Source of the DNA: Candidatus Omnitrophota bacterium
GTDB lineage: Bacteria > Omnitrophota > Gorgyraeia > Zapsychrales > JBDRMG01
DNA length: 32,473 bases
Assembly (NCBI GenBank): GCA_043812495.1
Contig: JBDRMG010000015.1
Span: forward strand, 1 to 32,473
Reading direction: 5' to 3'
A program made the position numbers and the translations under genes. Below are positions 1-8,132 of this stretch, piece after piece. The stretch's first letter is position 1. Each line of letters begins with the position of its first letter. The notes under the pieces were generated by a model. That model saw nothing but the letters and a program-made list of their open reading frames with translations. It was not told the origin of the DNA and ran no database searches.

Positions 1-20
1 TCGGCAAAGGGGTTTTTTGT
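1..20 (+). terminator. 3' half of a probable intrinsic terminator, truncated by the window edge
   Basis: GGCAAAGGGG followed by TTTTTT; the 5' arm lies outside the window. Confidence 0.35.
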
Positions 21-39
21 CCGCAAAACAAATGGTAAA

Positions 40-146
40 TTAAAATTTTAATTTAACGCCCCCCCCCCCCCCCCCACTTTTCACAAAAAAGTGGTGGGGG
101 GGTCAATGAGCCCGCCACTGAATCAATGGCGGGCTCATTGAAAGGG
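40..146 (+). repeat. Reduced scaffold-A-type palindromic element: poly-C/CCAC..GTGG hairpin, GGTCAA, then the caatgagcccgcca..tggcgggctcattg hairpin
   Basis: 14-bp perfect stem at 104-117/127-140. Ends in ctcattgaaaggg, identical to 20964-20976. Core 112-132 is the exact reverse complement of 4469-4489. Confidence 0.75.
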
Positions 147-152
147 AGCCCA

Positions 153-338
153 ATGAGAATATTATTAGGGATCATTTTGCTTTTGACTCTTCTTGGATGC
201 GAAACCGTTCATGAAGGCGCCAAGGCCGGCGGCAACGTGGTGGGAAAAACAGTAGATACGTTCGGCGGTGTTACCGAAGGGGCGGCCGAAGCGATGCAAG
301 GCGAGACAACAGCGGAAGATAACCCATACGGACGTTAA
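153..338 (+). CDS. Small lipoprotein (Gly/Ala-rich)
   Basis: MRILLGIILLLTLLG-C signal peptide with lipobox. AAGGGAG RBS precedes ATG 153. The ORF-track start at 126 lies inside the repeat. Confidence 0.75.
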   Translation: MRILLGIILLLTLLGCETVHEGAKAGGNVVGKTVDTFGGVTEGAAEAMQGETTAEDNPYGR

Positions 339-357
339 CAGATTAGCAAAAGAAAAT

Positions 358-396
358 AATCAGGGGCCCTACGCCAAAGGCGTAGGGCCCCTGATT
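358..396. terminator. 18-bp perfect hairpin between convergent genes; probable bidirectional terminator
   Basis: aatcaggggccctacgcc-aaa-ggcgtagggcccctgatt; the A-rich flank on the left gives a U-tract for the - strand gene. Confidence 0.7.
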
Positions 397-410
397 CATA
401 ATACCCTCCG

Positions 411-1724
411 TTATTTCCCAAATTGATAGGTCAAGCCGAACAAAAAGGAATACGCGTCCCAGTTCACTTCATTGAGACGGCTATCCGTAATCGTCCCATT
501 AGCCAAAAAGAGCCGATCGATTCCGTCTTCAATCCGCCAGCGTTGTATATCCGCAGCAAAATCCAAACTCCAGGCATCAGTCATCTGATAGCCTGCCCCC
601 GCGTTAAAAACAAGACCATATCCTTCTCCCCAATGAATAAAGCTTTCAGGGTGTTGATAGTCACTGCGCGTGTTCCAATCGGCCGTTGCATCATAATCTG
701 CGAAGTGATATTCAAAGCGGACATTGCCTTTTAAACGATTTTTTGTTGCGGCCAGTTCAAATCCGGCCCAAGGGCTTCTCCATTGCGTATCATAGGTATA
801 ATGAAGCCCTGCCGTCGTGACACCTGTACCGACTTCTTGCACAGCATTGTCAATCATCAGATTTTGCTCGTGATAGGAATAGCCGCCTAAAAGCGTGAGC
901 CATAGTTTGTCGATATTCAGAAGATTGCGGTCATTGCCGAGATAAAAACGATAACCGATACCTCCGGAAAGATCAAAAACCTCCCCGTCGTCTGACTGAC
1001 CGATGACGCGGCGAACCTCATCGGTCCGGTTATCACTTGCGTATCCTGAATTTTTGTTCTTGCCGTTTAAGATCCACGAGTAAGCGCCTGAACCCTCAAG
1101 GACAAAATGATCAAAAAATACAAGGTCACCTGTGGCTTTGACCTGATACAAATCAAGATCTTTCCATTTAAGCTCTGAAAGCACATTGGGGTTCGCTCCG
1201 GCCGAATCTCCGGCGATATTCCAATTAAAATCATCCATCCGGTATCCGCTGGACACGTTAAGATTTGTTTCGAATGCCTTGGAGGGCGTTTCCTTAATAG
1301 CAACATCATAGGCGCGGTCATCCTGTTGAATTTTTTGTTCTGAAAGCAGATATGGATCTTCGCTCTCCTCTTCTAAGGGGACAAAGACTTGCTTGGGCGC
1401 ACTCCGACTTCGCAGCGAAGGCTCCTCGATGAACAGTTTCTTATCCTGGATAGAATTGCCCTGGCTTCTTAATTGGTCAGCGATACGATCAAGGTTTTCT
1501 TCAACCTCACGAAGGTTCTTTGATACATCCTTGTCTGTCTCTATGCGGGTTGCGCAGACATCCCCCCACGCGACATCCGCGTCTTGGTTCATGGAACCCG
1601 CGACGCGATCAAGTTCATTTCGGATCATTTCTTGCTTTTCTAATTCACTATCACTTGAAGCAAAGGAAGGAAAGAGGCAAAGGGTAGAACATATCGATAA
1701 GAATAAAATAAGTTTTTTAATCAA
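411..1724 (-). CDS. Outer-membrane beta-barrel protein (omptin-like/autotransporter-like barrel) with a charged N-terminal extension
   Basis: Signal peptide, LSELKWKDL motif, alternating amphipathic strands, C-terminal GLTYQF barrel signature. Confidence 0.65.
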   Translation of the reverse strand: MIKKLILFLSICSTLCLFPSFASSDSELEKQEMIRNELDRVAGSMNQDADVAWGDVCATRIETDKDVSKNLREVEENLDRIADQLRSQGNSIQDKKLFIEEPSLRSRSAPKQVFVPLEEESEDPYLLSEQKIQQDDRAYDVAIKETPSKAFETNLNVSSGYRMDDFNWNIAGDSAGANPNVLSELKWKDLDLYQVKATGDLVFFDHFVLEGSGAYSWILNGKNKNSGYASDNRTDEVRRVIGQSDDGEVFDLSGGIGYRFYLGNDRNLLNIDKLWLTLLGGYSYHEQNLMIDNAVQEVGTGVTTAGLHYTYDTQWRSPWAGFELAATKNRLKGNVRFEYHFADYDATADWNTRSDYQHPESFIHWGEGYGLVFNAGAGYQMTDAWSLDFAADIQRWRIEDGIDRLFLANGTITDSRLNEVNWDAYSFLFGLTYQFGK

Positions 1725-1840
1725 GCGTGGAATCCTTTTTTATAAATTTTGTTTCTTCAATTTAATTATAGGGCGCTTGTTTTCATGACGCAATGCATTT
1801 CTTGCCTTTTTAAGCAAAAGTCCACAAATAATAAAATATA

Positions 1841-1869
1841 TTGTCGAGTTCGCTGAATAGATTTATAAT
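1841..1869 (+). promoter_or_regulatory. Putative sigma70 promoter for the ACT gene
   Basis: TTGTCG-17 bp-TATAAT; AGGAGGT RBS at 1888-1894. Confidence 0.5.
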
Positions 1870-1899
1870 GAATCAAATCAGAAAAACAGGAGGTGCAAA

Positions 1900-2307
1900 A
1901 TGGTAAAAGCAAAGCTTGAAAAACAATTGATGATTTCCGTTGAGAACAAGGTCGGAGCCTTGGCTGATGTTTCGCAGATCATTTCCCTGGCAGGAATCAA
2001 TCTGATCGCTGTCTGCGGTTATGTCATCGATAACAAAGGCTTTATTCTGTTTGTCACAGAAGACAACAAAAAAGCCAAAGCTCTTCTTATGGGAAAAAAT
2101 TATAACATCCGGGAAGAAGAAGTTGTTTTAGTGACATTAGACAATAAACCGGGATCTCTTCAGAACCTGGCCCGAAGAATCGCTGACGAAGGAATTGATC
2201 TCAATTTGATTTACGGAAGCGCGGATGCGAAAGGAAAATCAAGCCAGCTCGTTTTAGTTTCCGAAGACAATCAGGGTGTATTGAATATTGTTAAAGCTGG
2301 CCAATAA
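1900..2307 (+). CDS. Tandem ACT-domain protein
   Basis: Two repeats, ENKVGALADV..GINL and DNKPGSLQNL..GIDL. Confidence 0.85.
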   Translation: MVKAKLEKQLMISVENKVGALADVSQIISLAGINLIAVCGYVIDNKGFILFVTEDNKKAKALLMGKNYNIREEEVVLVTLDNKPGSLQNLARRIADEGIDLNLIYGSADAKGKSSQLVLVSEDNQGVLNIVKAGQ

Positions 2308-2323
2308 ACCCAATTCAACGCGT

Positions 2324-2493
2324 ACCCTCTGCATGTCAAGCTCTGCGGCCTCCTGCCTTGCCTGATCGGCAAGGCAGGAGGCCGCAGTATTTTTTAGTTC
2401 CGACACTCCTTCTGAGGTCGGAACCCCGACACCAGTCCGCTTCAATTTATGGCGGACTGGTGTCGGGGTAAATAAGTTGCAGAGGGTTTTTTT
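2324..2493 (+). repeat. Nested hairpin cluster inside a terminator stem
   Basis: Outer accctctgca (2324-2333)/tgcagagggt (2478-2487) plus T-tract. Inner perfect stems of 20 bp (2343-2387) and 18 bp (2423-2469), and gttccgac/gtcggaac (2397-2424). Confidence 0.85.
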
Positions 2494-2547
2494 ATTGATA
2501 TAATACTTTAAGCAACAATTAAGAAAATTTCTGAAAGCCCCCAAAAA

Positions 2548-3450
2548 ATGAATCTCCGACTTATCAATATCAATAAGGTTGTTTGGATAAGCGCCATTCT
2601 GAATATCTTCTTATCGCTTTTAAAGGTTTTCGCGGGCATTTATGGCCGAAGCGCTGCCATGATTGCCGACGCCGTTCATTCACTTTCCGATTTAGCGACT
2701 GATGTGATCGCTTGGTTGGGGTTACGCGTGGCTGACCGTCCGGCCGACAAATCTCATAATTACGGCCATGGAAAGGCCGAAACCTTGACTTCAACCATTA
2801 TCGGATTGGTTTTGATTGTTGTTGGTCTAGATATTTTCTGGTCCAGCGCCCAGAGTATTTTGAAAAGTTTCGATGGAATGATACTGCCAAAACCCAAATG
2901 GATTGCGGTCTATGCGGCGATCGTCTCGATCGTGACAAAGGAATGGATTTTCCGTTATTCAATGGAAAAAGAAAAGAGTATCAAAAGCCAGGCGATTGTG
3001 GCCAATGCCTGGCATCACCGCTCGGATGCCTTGTCATCGGTTTGCGCCCTGATCGGTATTAGCGGAGCCATTTTACTTGGAGACAAATGGCGTATTCTCG
3101 ATCCGATTGCGGCTGTCTTGGTCAGTTTATTTATATGTAAAATTGCCATAACCATCTGCGCGCGGAGCATCAATGAACTGCTTGAAGCCTCTTTGGATGA
3201 GAAAACAATTAAGGAAATACTCCAAACGATTCGCTCTGTTGACGGTGCGCAAAATCCCCATGACATGCGTACGCGACGTTTAGGGAATAATATTGCCATA
3301 GACGTACACATCGACGTCAACAGAACTTTAGATATTGTGAACGCGCATGATATCTCAACGCAAGTCGAGAAGAAACTTAAAGACAAGTTTGGAAGAAAGA
3401 CGTTTGTCTCAATTCATATTGAACCGGCCCGTAACGCCCCAACTCGTTAA
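2548..3450 (+). CDS. Cation diffusion facilitator (FieF-like) transporter
   Basis: ADAVHSLSD, HNYGHGKAE and AWHHRSDA motifs; C-terminal IHIEP. Confidence 0.93.
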   Translation: MNLRLININKVVWISAILNIFLSLLKVFAGIYGRSAAMIADAVHSLSDLATDVIAWLGLRVADRPADKSHNYGHGKAETLTSTIIGLVLIVVGLDIFWSSAQSILKSFDGMILPKPKWIAVYAAIVSIVTKEWIFRYSMEKEKSIKSQAIVANAWHHRSDALSSVCALIGISGAILLGDKWRILDPIAAVLVSLFICKIAITICARSINELLEASLDEKTIKEILQTIRSVDGAQNPHDMRTRRLGNNIAIDVHIDVNRTLDIVNAHDISTQVEKKLKDKFGRKTFVSIHIEPARNAPTR

Positions 3451-3586
3451 ATATGTCGGATAAGAGTAATGCAAGGTCTCAAAATAGCTGTTAAAAAGAT
3501 TAGGAATTCCAGGGACATTCTGATCGAAGGAACTTTTAGGGAAAGCGGAACGCCTGATAACTTAATTTCTTTTTAAAGGAAAATCA

Positions 3587-4339
3587 GTGAAAAATATACA
3601 TCTTGTCCTTTTAAGACACGGTGAGAGTACCTGGAACAAAGAAAACCGGTTTACCGGATGGACGGATGTCGATTTGTCACCCAAAGGCATCCAAGAGGCT
3701 CATCAGGCAGGGCAGGTTCTCAAGAAAGAAGGCTATCTCTTTGATATCGCCTACACATCCGTTTTAAAAAGAGCGATCCGAACGCTCTGGATCGCACTTG
3801 AGGAGATGAATTTAATGTGGATTCCGGTTGAGCGTTCTTGGCGATTAAATGAGCGGCATTACGGAACTTTGCAAGGGCTGAATAAATCCGAAATGGCCAA
3901 GAAATTCGGCGAAGATCAGGTGCACATCTGGCGGCGCAGCTATGATATTCGGCCGCCGGCCTTAGAAAAAAATGATCCGCGTTATCCGGGCCATGAGAGC
4001 ATATACCGGGATCTTGACGAAAAAAACATTCCTTTAACCGAATGCCTGAAAGATACAGTCGCGCGTTTTTTACCGTATTGGCACCAGACCATCGCGCCGG
4101 CCGTCAAAGCCGGTCAGCGTGTCTTGATCTCTGCTCATGGCAATAGCCTGAGGGCCCTGGTCAAATACCTTGATGATGTGCCTGAACAAGAGATTGTCAG
4201 CTTGAATATCCCAACGGGCATCCCGCTTGTGTATGAACTCAATCATGATTTGAAACCGCTCAGGCATTATTATCTGAGCAATCCGGAAGATATTAAGAAG
4301 GCCGAAGAGGCTGTTAAGAATCAAGGAAAAACAAAATGA
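3587..4339 (+). CDS. gpmA: 2,3-bisphosphoglycerate-dependent phosphoglycerate mutase
   Basis: LLRHGES.WN.ENRFTGW, LNERHYG, AHGNSLR; GTG start. Confidence 0.97.
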   Translation: MKNIHLVLLRHGESTWNKENRFTGWTDVDLSPKGIQEAHQAGQVLKKEGYLFDIAYTSVLKRAIRTLWIALEEMNLMWIPVERSWRLNERHYGTLQGLNKSEMAKKFGEDQVHIWRRSYDIRPPALEKNDPRYPGHESIYRDLDEKNIPLTECLKDTVARFLPYWHQTIAPAVKAGQRVLISAHGNSLRALVKYLDDVPEQEIVSLNIPTGIPLVYELNHDLKPLRHYYLSNPEDIKKAEEAVKNQGKTK

Positions 4340-4347
4340 ATTGTTGG

Positions 4348-4465
4348 AGGTCTTAGGAGGGCAAAACTTACGGAGTGCAATGCCCGCCAAATTTCATCGA
4401 AATTTGGCGAGGTCTCGCAAAACCAAAGATTTTAGCGGAACGTAAGTTTACGCCCGACTTAGCCC
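4348..4465 (+). repeat. Scaffold-B structured element, copy 1
   Basis: Shares aggtcttaggagg..aaacttacg, ccgcca.atttc..gaaat.tggcgag.tctcgc and gcggaacgtaagttt..ccgacttag with 32136-32291. Confidence 0.85.
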
Positions 4466-4500
4466 AGCCCGCCATTGATTCAGTGGCGGGCTCATTGAGG
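4466..4500. repeat. CCGCCA..TGGCGG hairpin cassette abutting the ilvD RBS
   Basis: agcccgccattgattcagtggcgggctcattga; its loop is inverted relative to the copy at 109-141. Confidence 0.85.
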
Positions 4501-4506
4501 GAGATT

Positions 4507-6264
4507 ATGTTCATGAAAAATACAGCTGTGAATCCGGGAATTGAGAGTATTCGAAAAAAGGGAAGCGGGGTGTTTCGCGAAGGCGCCCATATGATGCCGA
4601 GTATATCTTTAATGATTGCCGAAGGTGTTATCAAATCGGTCAAAGATCTAAAAAAACCGTTTGTCACGGTGATCAATTCCTACACAAACCAAATTCCCGG
4701 TCATGTGCATTTGAATATCATCGGAGAGCTTGTCAAAAAAGAATTAGAAAAGCAAGGCGTCAATGTCTGGTATGCCAATATCGGCGCGGCGATCTGCGAC
4801 GGTATCGCCATGGGGCATTTTGGCATGAAATATTCTCTGCCATCGCGTGAATTGATCGCGGACCAAATCGAAAGCATTATCGGCGCGCATCCGCCGGATG
4901 CCTGGATCGGTATCGGCAACTGCGACAAGATTGTTCCGGCCATGTACAATGCGATGGTGCGCATTAATATTCCGGCCATTTATGTGAGCGGCGGTCCCAT
5001 GCTCGCGGGAACAAGAAACACCGACTTGATTTCCATATTTGAGGGCGTAGGAAAATACAGCGCGGGCAAAATGAGCCAGAAAAAATTAGAAAGCCTGGCC
5101 TGCTCGGCCTGCCCCGGATACGGAAGCTGCGCCGGCATGTTTACGGCCAATTCCATGAACTGCTTGGGAGAGGTTTTAGGCTTTGCCTTACCGGGCAACG
5201 GAACGATTCCGGCCACAAAGAGAATCAAAGGAAAGGTCAGGCAAGTCCATCTGAATCCCGAGCGCCTGGCCTTAGCCAAAAAAGCCGCGCAACGGCTTAT
5301 TTATCTTTTAAAGAATGACATTCGTCCGTTAGATATTCTCACAAAAACATCGATTGATAATGCCTTTGTTCTCGATACGGCCATGGGCGGGTCCACCAAT
5401 ACTGTTTTGCATGTGATGGCTCTCGCTCACGAGGCAGGTATTCCCTATAATCTGAAGCGCATTAATCAAATCTCAAAATCAACGGCGAACGTGATCAAAA
5501 TCGCCCCCTCGCGGCCGGAAGTTCATCTTGAGCATGTGCATAAAATCGGAGGAATGGGAGCGATATTGAAATCTATTCATGACGCGGGGCATAAATTTTT
5601 AAAACTCAAAGCAAAAACTGTTTACGGAACGCTGGGCGATTATGTTCTTAAATCTCGAAAGCCGGACGGACAAGTGCTCAAATCGGTAAAGAATGCATTT
5701 TCACAGGAAGGCGGGCTAGAGATTCTTTTTGGCAATATCGCGAAGAAAGGCGCTGTTTTAAAAACAGCGGGCGTAGATAAAGATATGTTCACATTTCGGG
5801 GTCGCGCTAAGGTTTATGAATCTCAGGAGGAGGCTCTGCGAGCAATTCTTAAAGGAAAAGTTAAGAACGGAGATGCGGTCATTATCCGCTATGAGGGCCC
5901 GAAAGGCGGGCCAGGAATGCAGGAAATGCTCTCCCCTACATCGGCCATCAGTGGAGCCGGCATCAAAGCCGCTCTGATCACAGACGGACGATTTTCCGGG
6001 GGAACAAGAGGCTTATGCATCGGTCATGTGGCTCCTGAAGCCGCGAGCGGCGGAGAAATAGGAATTATCCGCAACGGCGATATCATCGAAGTGGATGTGC
6101 GCAAAAAGAAAATCAATGTCCTTTTGTCACAAGATGAAATCAAACGCAGGATGAAAAGAAAAAAGCCGTTTCGCTCTAAGATCAGGGGCGGGTGGCTTGC
6201 GCGCTACATGGCCTTTGTCACAAGCGCGGATACGGGCGCTGTTTTGTCTAATCCAAGAAATTAA
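4507..6264 (+). CDS. ilvD: Dihydroxy-acid dehydratase
   Basis: PGHVHL, CDGIAMGH, NCDK, GSCAGMFTANSM, GPKGGPGMQEML and TDGRFSGG motifs. GAGGGAG RBS before ATG 4507 (4513 possible); the 4375 start is inside the repeat. Confidence 0.95.
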   Translation: MFMKNTAVNPGIESIRKKGSGVFREGAHMMPSISLMIAEGVIKSVKDLKKPFVTVINSYTNQIPGHVHLNIIGELVKKELEKQGVNVWYANIGAAICDGIAMGHFGMKYSLPSRELIADQIESIIGAHPPDAWIGIGNCDKIVPAMYNAMVRINIPAIYVSGGPMLAGTRNTDLISIFEGVGKYSAGKMSQKKLESLACSACPGYGSCAGMFTANSMNCLGEVLGFALPGNGTIPATKRIKGKVRQVHLNPERLALAKKAAQRLIYLLKNDIRPLDILTKTSIDNAFVLDTAMGGSTNTVLHVMALAHEAGIPYNLKRINQISKSTANVIKIAPSRPEVHLEHVHKIGGMGAILKSIHDAGHKFLKLKAKTVYGTLGDYVLKSRKPDGQVLKSVKNAFSQEGGLEILFGNIAKKGAVLKTAGVDKDMFTFRGRAKVYESQEEALRAILKGKVKNGDAVIIRYEGPKGGPGMQEMLSPTSAISGAGIKAALITDGRFSGGTRGLCIGHVAPEAASGGEIGIIRNGDIIEVDVRKKKINVLLSQDEIKRRMKRKKPFRSKIRGGWLARYMAFVTSADTGAVLSNPRN

Positions 6265-6295
6265 AACAATTGAAAAAAGGGGAGGGGAGGGACTT

Positions 6296-6553
6296 ATGAA
6301 ACTCAACGTAAAAGCTTTTGGATTGACTTTTGGTTTAGTGTGGGGTTTCGGATTATTCTTTCTAACCTGGTGGATCATCGGTTTTGACGGTGCCACGGGC
6401 GAAGCCACGATGATCGGCCGGCTCTATCGGGGATATACCATCAGCCCCATCGGAAGCGTGATCGGGCTGGTTTGGGCATTTTTTGACGGCCTGATTGGCG
6501 GTTTGATATTCGCATGGTTATATAATAAAATTGTTGACCGCTTCTCAAAGTAG
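6296..6553 (+). CDS. Small 2-TM membrane protein (resembles a family often auto-annotated as holin-like)
   Basis: Two Gly-rich hydrophobic segments ending FAWLYN; strong GGAGG RBS. Confidence 0.7.
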   Translation: MKLNVKAFGLTFGLVWGFGLFFLTWWIIGFDGATGEATMIGRLYRGYTISPIGSVIGLVWAFFDGLIGGLIFAWLYNKIVDRFSK

Positions 6554-6589
6554 CTTGCATCTTGTCCGTAAGATATTGCGAAAAGAGCC

Positions 6590-7126
6590 ATGAAGCGAAA
6601 AAGAATTCTTGCTGAAGGAAAGTTCATCCGCTTCGTCAAAGAAGGAACTTACGAATACACGGAACGCTCTAACTGCCGAGGAACCGTTGTCGTCGTTGCC
6701 TTAACGGATGAAAAGAAAGTGCTTTTTACGGAGCAGTATCGACTTCCGGTAAGAAAAAATGTCATTGAATATCCTGCCGGCTTGATGGACGGTCAAGCGT
6801 TTCAAAATAAAGAATCCGCTTCATGCGCGGCCAGACGCGAACTCTTAGAAGAAACAGGTTATCGCGCTCAAAAAGTTATCAAGCTGATCGAGGGCCCTGT
6901 TTCAAGCGGGATGACAGCCGATCGCGTAACACTGTTTCGCGCCAGCGGTCTTAAGAAAGTCGCCAAAGGCGGCGGAGATGAAACAGAAAAGATCACGGTG
7001 CATGAAATTCCTCTTAAGAAAGCGGATCAGTGGCTATCAGGCATGCGTAAAAAAGGATACCTGATCGAGCCAAAAATTTATGCCGGATTGTATTTTCTTC
7101 GGCAAAAAAAAGGAAAAAGAAAATGA
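6590..7126 (+). CDS. Nudix hydrolase (ADP-ribose pyrophosphatase-like)
   Basis: EQYRLPV..IEYPAGL..E..AARRELLEETGY. Confidence 0.9.
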   Translation: MKRKRILAEGKFIRFVKEGTYEYTERSNCRGTVVVVALTDEKKVLFTEQYRLPVRKNVIEYPAGLMDGQAFQNKESASCAARRELLEETGYRAQKVIKLIEGPVSSGMTADRVTLFRASGLKKVAKGGGDETEKITVHEIPLKKADQWLSGMRKKGYLIEPKIYAGLYFLRQKKGKRK

Positions 7127-8085
7127 AAGCCATTAGTGTTTCTGAATTCGGCGATACCGGTGTCCTGCGGCTCCAGGATGTGCCGGATCTCAAACCCGTA
7201 GCTAATGAAATACTGGTTGACATCAAAGCCATCGGGGTTAATCCCGTCGACACCTATATTCGCGCCGGTACTTATCCGGTTCGCCCGACACTGCCTTATA
7301 CGCCGGGTATGGACGCAGCCGGCCTCGTGGCCGCTGTTGGCGAAGAAATTAAAGAGTTCAATGCCGGTGACCATGTCTATGTCGCAGGATCCATCACAGG
7401 AACGTATGCGCAGCAGGCGATTTGCAGCCCTTCTCAAGTGCATCCTTTACCGGACAATATTTCCTTTAAGCAGGGAGCGGCCATCGGCGTACCCTACGTT
7501 GCGGCCTATCGCGCGTTATTTACCAAGGCCAAGAGTGTTTCCAAGGAAACAGTTTTGGTTCATGGGGCCAGCGGCGGTGTCGGAACAGCCAGCGTTCAAT
7601 TAGCCAGAACACTGGGAATGAAAATACTTGCAACCGCTGGAACAGAAAAAGGCCGTCAGCTTGTTCTGGAGCAAGGCGCCGATTTTGCCATCGATCATCA
7701 TGCAGAAAACTATTTGGATGAAATCATGAAGATCACAGAAGGTCAAGGCGTCAACGTGATCCTCGAAATGTTATCGAACGTGAATTTAGGAAATGATTTG
7801 AAAATGATAGCCAAAAAAGGACGCATTGTCGTGATCGGCTGCCGCGGAGAAGTCACCATTAATCCCCGTGACGCCATGAGCAAGGACGCGACCATCTTAG
7901 GGATGACGGTCATGAATGCCACAAAAGAAGAGAAGGCCAAGATCCACGAAGCGCTTGGCATAGGCTTTGAAAAAGGAAAACTTTACCCCGTTATCGGAAA
8001 GGAATTTTCTCTTAAAGAGGCAGGTTTGGCGCATAAAGCGATTCTAGAACCCGGCGCCCACGGAAAAATTATTCTCATCCCTTAA
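7123..8085 (+). CDS. NADPH:quinone reductase (zeta-crystallin/MDR family)
   Basis: GVNPVDTYIR.G, PYTPG.D.AG, VHGASGGVG, GKIIL. Confidence 0.93.
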   Translation: MKAISVSEFGDTGVLRLQDVPDLKPVANEILVDIKAIGVNPVDTYIRAGTYPVRPTLPYTPGMDAAGLVAAVGEEIKEFNAGDHVYVAGSITGTYAQQAICSPSQVHPLPDNISFKQGAAIGVPYVAAYRALFTKAKSVSKETVLVHGASGGVGTASVQLARTLGMKILATAGTEKGRQLVLEQGADFAIDHHAENYLDEIMKITEGQGVNVILEMLSNVNLGNDLKMIAKKGRIVVIGCRGEVTINPRDAMSKDATILGMTVMNATKEEKAKIHEALGIGFEKGKLYPVIGKEFSLKEAGLAHKAILEPGAHGKIILIP

Positions 8086-8132
8086 GGAAGAGAAAAATAA
8101 TTTGAACGCAGATTTGCGCAAATATCCGCTAA

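Noticed and set aside
358..396. REP doublet (contains CCCTAC and GTAGGG)
   Set aside because: The GTAG motifs face inward, it is single-copy here, and its position between convergent genes fits a terminator
3469..3576. 35-codon ORF (MQGLKIAVKK...) between the CDF gene and gpmA
   Set aside because: Weak, poorly spaced RBS and no recognisable motif; cannot be supported
4348..4465. Known riboswitch or attenuator (c-di-GMP-I, T-box, ilv leader peptide) upstream of ilvD
   Set aside because: I could not match consensus motifs, there is no Ile/Leu/Val-rich leader with a terminator, and the second copy is not upstream of a co-oriented gene
4375..4506. 44-aa N-terminal extension of IlvD in the ORF track
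   Set aside because: It reads through repeat elements; a good RBS precedes ATG 4507 and dehydratase-like sequence starts after it
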